Positions 27,465 to 31,960 of a DNA stretch of 31,960 bases are shown here, in pieces. A model generated the notes under the pieces. That model was not told the origin of the DNA and searched no databases. It was given only the letters and a program-made list of their open reading frames with translations. The stretch's first letter is position 1; every line of letters starts with the position of its first letter. The DNA comes from Promethearchaeota archaeon (GTDB taxonomy: Archaea; Asgardarchaeota; Lokiarchaeia; Sigyniarchaeales; SOKP01), in NCBI GenBank assembly GCA_016840085.1, contig JAEOTA010000032.1, forward strand, positions 1 to 31,960, given 5' to 3'. Both the position numbers and the translations under genes were made by a program.

Positions 27465-29235
27465 CAGCACTCAAGGTTCCCTCTTAATTTGAATATGACA
27501 TTTCTTACAAATTGTTATAATAATGAATACAAAAGCTATTTGTACAGAAAAAATTTTTTACTTTGGGAATCAAGACATAACTTTATATCCAAACTATTAT
27601 ACCCGATAAATCTTTTTAAGGGTAGGTGCAAATGATAGTGCTTATATTTAAATCTTTTGAAAACCTTATTTTTTAAAGAATTGCAAAGTATTGACTCCAG
27701 ACTTCCATGTAATTTCCAAACCATGCATCAAGCCTTTTAAACTGCGCCTTAAAGAACATTCCCGCCCCTCTTAAAGTGGGGTGATTCTTGGTTTCTTTGA
27801 CTAACAACCGATACGTTTCATATCTTACTCGTATTTCAACAATATATCCGGGAAATTTACTAAAATTATGTCTAAACACGCGATAATCGAGGACTCGCTG
27901 TGCTCCATCCGAAGTCATCATACTCTTTTTAAATGCCGGATAATATAAATACTTCTTTTGAAACCCTTCTAAAAGGTTATTGGTCATTGAGATGTTTGGA
28001 TTTCGCTGATGGGCTATAATTTTCGGAAACCATGATTCTAACTGCTTTAATGCGGTGTGAAGTTCACTAATTTTTTCTCCTTTTAGCTTCTCCACGGTCA
28101 TACGTATAATTTCTAACTGAATATATGCTTCAGTCTCGTCTTTTGAACCAATCAGCATATAAAATCGCTTTAAAAGCCACCGCCACTCTTTAGGGACTGG
28201 TTTTTTTGACTGCTTGGATAATCCCGCAAATGCTTTTACATGCTTTGAAACCGCCCATTTCACGTGAGTCAAGCAGTTCTGTTGTATTATATGCTTAAAA
28301 CTGCGGGTTTTAAAAAGCCCTCCTAAATTAGTGGTACAATCCTTTACTAACCCTTTAATTCGTAATGCTCGATTCTTCCTTCCTTCCATCAACACCTTTC
28401 TTCCCGCGTCTCGTCCCATGTTCAGAGAAATTTTTGCGACAGGAATGAATCTCGTGTTCACATCCACAGTATCTATTGTATACATCTTTTCCCCCCTAAT
28501 TCTCATATGTATCTCATCATATCCCCAATACCCACTCGAGGGTACTGGGGTCTTTTCTAACATCTCCCTAAGTGGCTCAGCAGCTTCGTTAATCCAATTG
28601 ATAATGGAAGATTTAGAGATCTCGATTCCAAAGTCTATTTTAAATACACGCTTAATCTGCGAGGGCATCAACCCTTCCATGTAATGTTGTCGTACTCTAC
28701 GTTTGTAATTTTCATGGTAATTGCCATATTTTGGAGCTAATTTCGAATAATCTGGCTTTATTTCACCACACTTACGACAATACTTCCGATGGAGGTGAAA
28801 CTTGTGTCTTCCGAGCCCCTCGTCTAAGATCGCAATCCTGTCATTAAATCCATTTTTTTTAAGCCTTGTGCCACATTCAAAGCAGTGGGTCTCTTGAATC
28901 TCAATTATATTCCCTGCTTCAATACTTAAAGTATAACTATCGTTTGAGATCGCTTCTTTCTTGCTTAATTGAACGAGAAGATCGCGAGTTTTTGGTTCAA
29001 GAAGATCTGGGCAAAATTTATAAAGAGTGGTTTGTTCTATCTTAATGGGAGCAAATTTTTCACTTAGTTTAGTTGTTGGCATAATTAAATTAAGGAAAAA
29101 TCTCCCTATAAATCTTTCCTTTATGCAAAACTGTTTATCGCTGGAAATTAAGGTTCACTCTTTTATTTCGACTGGAAAACTATCAGAACAAAAGATTGAG
29201 ATGCAAATTATGATCCAATCTTCTCACCAGCACTG
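27465..29235 (-). mobile_element. Insertion sequence carrying the transposase; ends tentative
   Basis: Candidate termini CAGCACT... and ...AGCACTG (CAG...CTG), each flanked by AATT (27461-27464 and 29236-29239). The inverted match is short and imperfect. Confidence 0.5.
27673..29082 (-). CDS. DDE transposase
   Basis: N-terminal CFEC...CRKC Zn finger, an HTH region, WGYDE, VKD, QNCLTH (CxxH) and TNNLLE. Visibly more GC-rich than its flanks. Confidence 0.9.
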   Translation of the reverse strand: MPTTKLSEKFAPIKIEQTTLYKFCPDLLEPKTRDLLVQLSKKEAISNDSYTLSIEAGNIIEIQETHCFECGTRLKKNGFNDRIAILDEGLGRHKFHLHRKYCRKCGEIKPDYSKLAPKYGNYHENYKRRVRQHYMEGLMPSQIKRVFKIDFGIEISKSSIINWINEAAEPLREMLEKTPVPSSGYWGYDEIHMRIRGEKMYTIDTVDVNTRFIPVAKISLNMGRDAGRKVLMEGRKNRALRIKGLVKDCTTNLGGLFKTRSFKHIIQQNCLTHVKWAVSKHVKAFAGLSKQSKKPVPKEWRWLLKRFYMLIGSKDETEAYIQLEIIRMTVEKLKGEKISELHTALKQLESWFPKIIAHQRNPNISMTNNLLEGFQKKYLYYPAFKKSMMTSDGAQRVLDYRVFRHNFSKFPGYIVEIRVRYETYRLLVKETKNHPTLRGAGMFFKAQFKRLDAWFGNYMEVWSQYFAIL

Positions 29236-29323
29236 AATTTTGCACCCACTCAGGTCTTTTTCTTTATATACTTTCATAACATATAATATTGGTTAAAATT
29301 TTTTTAAAAAAATAACGAGTACA

Positions 29324-30433
29324 ATGAATGATAAAGAATTTAAAGTAAATAAATACATTTTACTTCGATTAGAAGGGAAATATACTGTAATATATGTCAA
29401 TGGAAAGAGATTTAACTATTGTAAAGGATTGTTTATTTTCATTCCTGAAAAAAATGTAGAAAAGTATGATGGAATTAGATCAATTGATGAGGTTTCTGAG
29501 GTATATGACGATTATCTAATTAATAATAATATGTATAAAGAAGAGAATGGAAAATTTTATCATTCACCTTATTCTTATTATATACCTCCTGAGACTGAAT
29601 TTTGGGGTCATTGCTCAAATCTACAAGCATGGGTAGAACATGATTATGATACTCGACTTCTACATTCAAATCTAGCATTTCCATTACTTAAAGCACTATC
29701 AAAAGCGGGAGATCCAATTGCAGAAAAGGTCTTTAAAGAAGAAATTGCTAAAAGAATTAGTAGTGGCTATTGTCCTACAATTATTTATTTGATCTTAGAA
29801 GGATATTTTTTCTTTTTAACTATTGAAGAATTTTTATGTGCACTGGACAACTGCAGGGAAAAAATAGATTATCTAGAATATATTAAATTAATTTACGAAG
29901 TTATGATGAAATGGGACGATTATGTGTTTTCTTCAGCAGATATAAAGAAAAGAATCATTAGACGAGAGGGGATGATTAAATTTTTCATGGAACAATTAAT
30001 GGATTCTAAAATGCACAAATGCCTTGAGAATTACAATGATGGATTTTATGATAGATTAAATGAAGATTTGATGAATATCTTTATATGTTATTTTTCTGCC
30101 TGTATGTGCCTATGCTGGGAATACTGTGAAGTAAACATATATGATAAATTACTACAACATTGCAAATTCATGCTTAGCCAAGATACAAAAACTTCATTAA
30201 TATGGAAATATCTAGCAATTGCATATCGCAAAAAAAATATGCCCATTAACGCCAAAGTAGCGGAGAATATCTTCCAAATAAAAGAAAAGCTAGAACAAAA
30301 AAGAATGAAAAAAAAATACAGAAAAGAATCATTAAGGCGATTCTTTTGGCGATTTTCATTTCGTAACTTTAAACGTAGGTATTGGCGTTTCAGAAGGCAT
30401 TATAGAGGTAGTGTAAGAGATGGTCAATGGTGA
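29324..30433 (+). CDS. Lokiarchaeal-type conserved N-terminal domain protein with a helical middle and an Arg/aromatic-rich tail
   Basis: EFKVNKYILLRLEG...PETEFWGHCSNLQAWVEHDYDTRLLHSNLAFPLLK...VFKEEIAKR. Confidence 0.8.
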   Translation: MNDKEFKVNKYILLRLEGKYTVIYVNGKRFNYCKGLFIFIPEKNVEKYDGIRSIDEVSEVYDDYLINNNMYKEENGKFYHSPYSYYIPPETEFWGHCSNLQAWVEHDYDTRLLHSNLAFPLLKALSKAGDPIAEKVFKEEIAKRISSGYCPTIIYLILEGYFFFLTIEEFLCALDNCREKIDYLEYIKLIYEVMMKWDDYVFSSADIKKRIIRREGMIKFFMEQLMDSKMHKCLENYNDGFYDRLNEDLMNIFICYFSACMCLCWEYCEVNIYDKLLQHCKFMLSQDTKTSLIWKYLAIAYRKKNMPINAKVAENIFQIKEKLEQKRMKKKYRKESLRRFFWRFSFRNFKRRYWRFRRHYRGSVRDGQW

Positions 30434-30543
30434 TTTCTAATGATAATAATTGAAAGTTTGTATTTCAATTTTTTATTTAAATATATTGAATAGCTTTAAA
30501 ATTAAAATTTAAAATTTTAAATTAATCTAGATAATGGTTAAAA

Positions 30544-31960
30544 ATGAGTGGTCAATCTAAAAATGTTTCAAACCCTAATGTATTAAATAACCGTAGCAGT
30601 GAAAATGATTATTTATATGACGAAGAACAAGAATCAAATTACTTGGATATATGGGAAAAAATTCCGTCATATAAGGATATCAAAACTAAGTTATCAAATA
30701 GTAAGATTATCTCAATGTTCATTCTTTTACTACTTCTTTTAGTTTTAACTTATATTAATACTTCAAATTTGATTTTTTCAATTATTTTTATTTCTTTATC
30801 GTTTTTTTTTTTTATAATTGCTTTTCATGATAATTTTTTTCATTTTAGAAATATTTTCAATGGGATGTTTAGAAAGTTAAAGATAATTAATCCATTTGAA
30901 GACTTTGCATTTTGGATAATAGAGAAAGATCCTGCTACTTTATTAATATTAAATAAAACCGATGCAGTGACAATTGGTACTCGTATATTTAAAATTGAAA
31001 TTCTTCCTGAAAATGTACATCCCACATTAAATCAGTTTCTTCAAGCCTTAAATCAAGCTCAGGTGCCATTCACGTATCAGGTTGTTCAAAAGCCACTCAT
31101 TAATTTTACTAAGAATCTTTCTAAAGAGAAAAATCGACATTTAATAAAACCTCAGAAAGACAATAATGATGTATCATTCCAAACTTATATCTATTTTAGT
31201 GTGTATAACAAGGTAAATGGTATTTTAACTAAAACTAGGCTAATCGATCTTATTAAATCAGTCCATCAATATTCTAAAGTTCTAAAATCTAATTTTAGCG
31301 CAAATTTTCACCATACTAAAATTACTTTACTCACCGGAAATAATTTAATCAATTCTATTAGGACACTCGTAAGTGGCTTTGATATCGATCCTGTTATAAA
31401 AAAGCCCGATTCGTTTATATCCAATAGTAATTTTCGACAGGTATTTTTGAAATCACTATTTTTTGCCTTTATCATGCTTTATACATCGTTATTATTAATA
31501 GCATTCAGTACTCTGATTGGATTGATAGCAATTATATACTTATCTATTCAATTCGTCATCATCTTTTTATGGTGGCGAAGTATACTCTATTACTATTCCA
31601 ATTGGCGTTTTAGGAGTTATACAACTATAAATAAAGTTGATCCATTTAAGACATGTAAATTTTATAGATTGAATTATACCAATGATACTATCTTTTTTCA
31701 CCTTGATAATCATTTATTGCTATCGTTAAAAAGCTTTAATCTTAATTTTGCTACTCATCCAAGTACAGTGTATCTTGATAAATTTGTGAGAGCGTTAAAT
31801 AGCCATAAAATTCCTTTTATTTATACAATTAATGCTGTTCCTATCTCTTATTCTCTTTTTTGTTCAGAATGTGCTAAATATTTAAATGAAAAAACTGTAG
31901 AAGCTCTTAAAGGAATAGTTTTTATAGCGTTTGATGATCCAAATCCTAGGTACGTAAAAT
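30544..31960 (+). CDS. Large membrane protein with a tandemly duplicated (2TM + soluble domain) unit, 3'-partial; absent from the ORF track
   Basis: Manual translation from ATG 30544 (MSGQSKNVSNP...) stays open to the window end (472 codons). Confidence 0.88.
   Translation, partial: MSGQSKNVSNPNVLNNRSSENDYLYDEEQESNYLDIWEKIPSYKDIKTKLSNSKIISMFILLLLLLVLTYINTSNLIFSIIFISLSFFFFIIAFHDNFFHFRNIFNGMFRKLKIINPFEDFAFWIIEKDPATLLILNKTDAVTIGTRIFKIEILPENVHPTLNQFLQALNQAQVPFTYQVVQKPLINFTKNLSKEKNRHLIKPQKDNNDVSFQTYIYFSVYNKVNGILTKTRLIDLIKSVHQYSKVLKSNFSANFHHTKITLLTGNNLINSIRTLVSGFDIDPVIKKPDSFISNSNFRQVFLKSLFFAFIMLYTSLLLIAFSTLIGLIAIIYLSIQFVIIFLWWRSILYYYSNWRFRSYTTINKVDPFKTCKFYRLNYTNDTIFFHLDNHLLLSLKSFNLNFATHPSTVYLDKFVRALNSHKIPFIYTINAVPISYSLFCSECAKYLNEKTVEALKGIVFIAFDDPNPRYVK

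Noticed and set aside
9056-31025. Short antisense or overlapping ORFs (9056, 9743, 14177, 14584, 15245, 17238, 19138, 19849, 24589, 25574, 27536, 28331, 29027, 30840)
   Set aside because: All overlap better-supported genes and show no recognisable motifs.
1-31960. tRNA, rRNA or structured ncRNA
   Set aside because: No GC-rich structured intergenic segment was seen; the intergenic DNA is uniformly AT-rich.

Overview
This is an AT-rich archaeal window, most likely from an Asgard archaeon (Lokiarchaeia/Promethearchaeia). Support: archaeal/eukaryotic-type ProRS, a TFB, a DUF106/EMC3-type insertase, and protein families I recognise from Lokiarchaeia (the EFKVN...FWGHCSNLQAW domain, the IHIDNNW...PYIIEDL beta-helix protein, the EDKT...KKYxCxxCG Zn-ribbon). 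In order, it contains: the end of a GH94 phosphorylase; proS; a PlsY acyltransferase fused to a CTP-dependent lipid-kinase domain; TFB; a membrane-anchored esterase; larA with a GlcD/D-LDH-ferredoxin fusion; a three-gene glycerol-3-phosphate dehydrogenase operon; a FAD-oxidase/CCG Fe-S pair and a separate CCG protein; an acyl-CoA dehydrogenase; a dual-specificity phosphatase; a truncated beta-helix surface protein ending in a patchwork repeat; a radical SAM-DUF106-GtrA-coiled-coil run; a DDE transposase; and a large unannotated ORF running off the right edge. The most notable observations are four. (1) The PlsY-kinase fusion, within a region rich in glycerolipid-related genes. (2) Two genes whose conserved N-terminal motifs lie upstream of any ATG/GTG/TTG and which both open with TAA-ATT-CCT, suggesting ATT initiation. 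(3) Several orphaned gene 3'-end relics. (4) A repeat resembling a templated-insertion scar. No tRNA, rRNA or CRISPR array was seen. All family calls come from motif recognition, not database searches.
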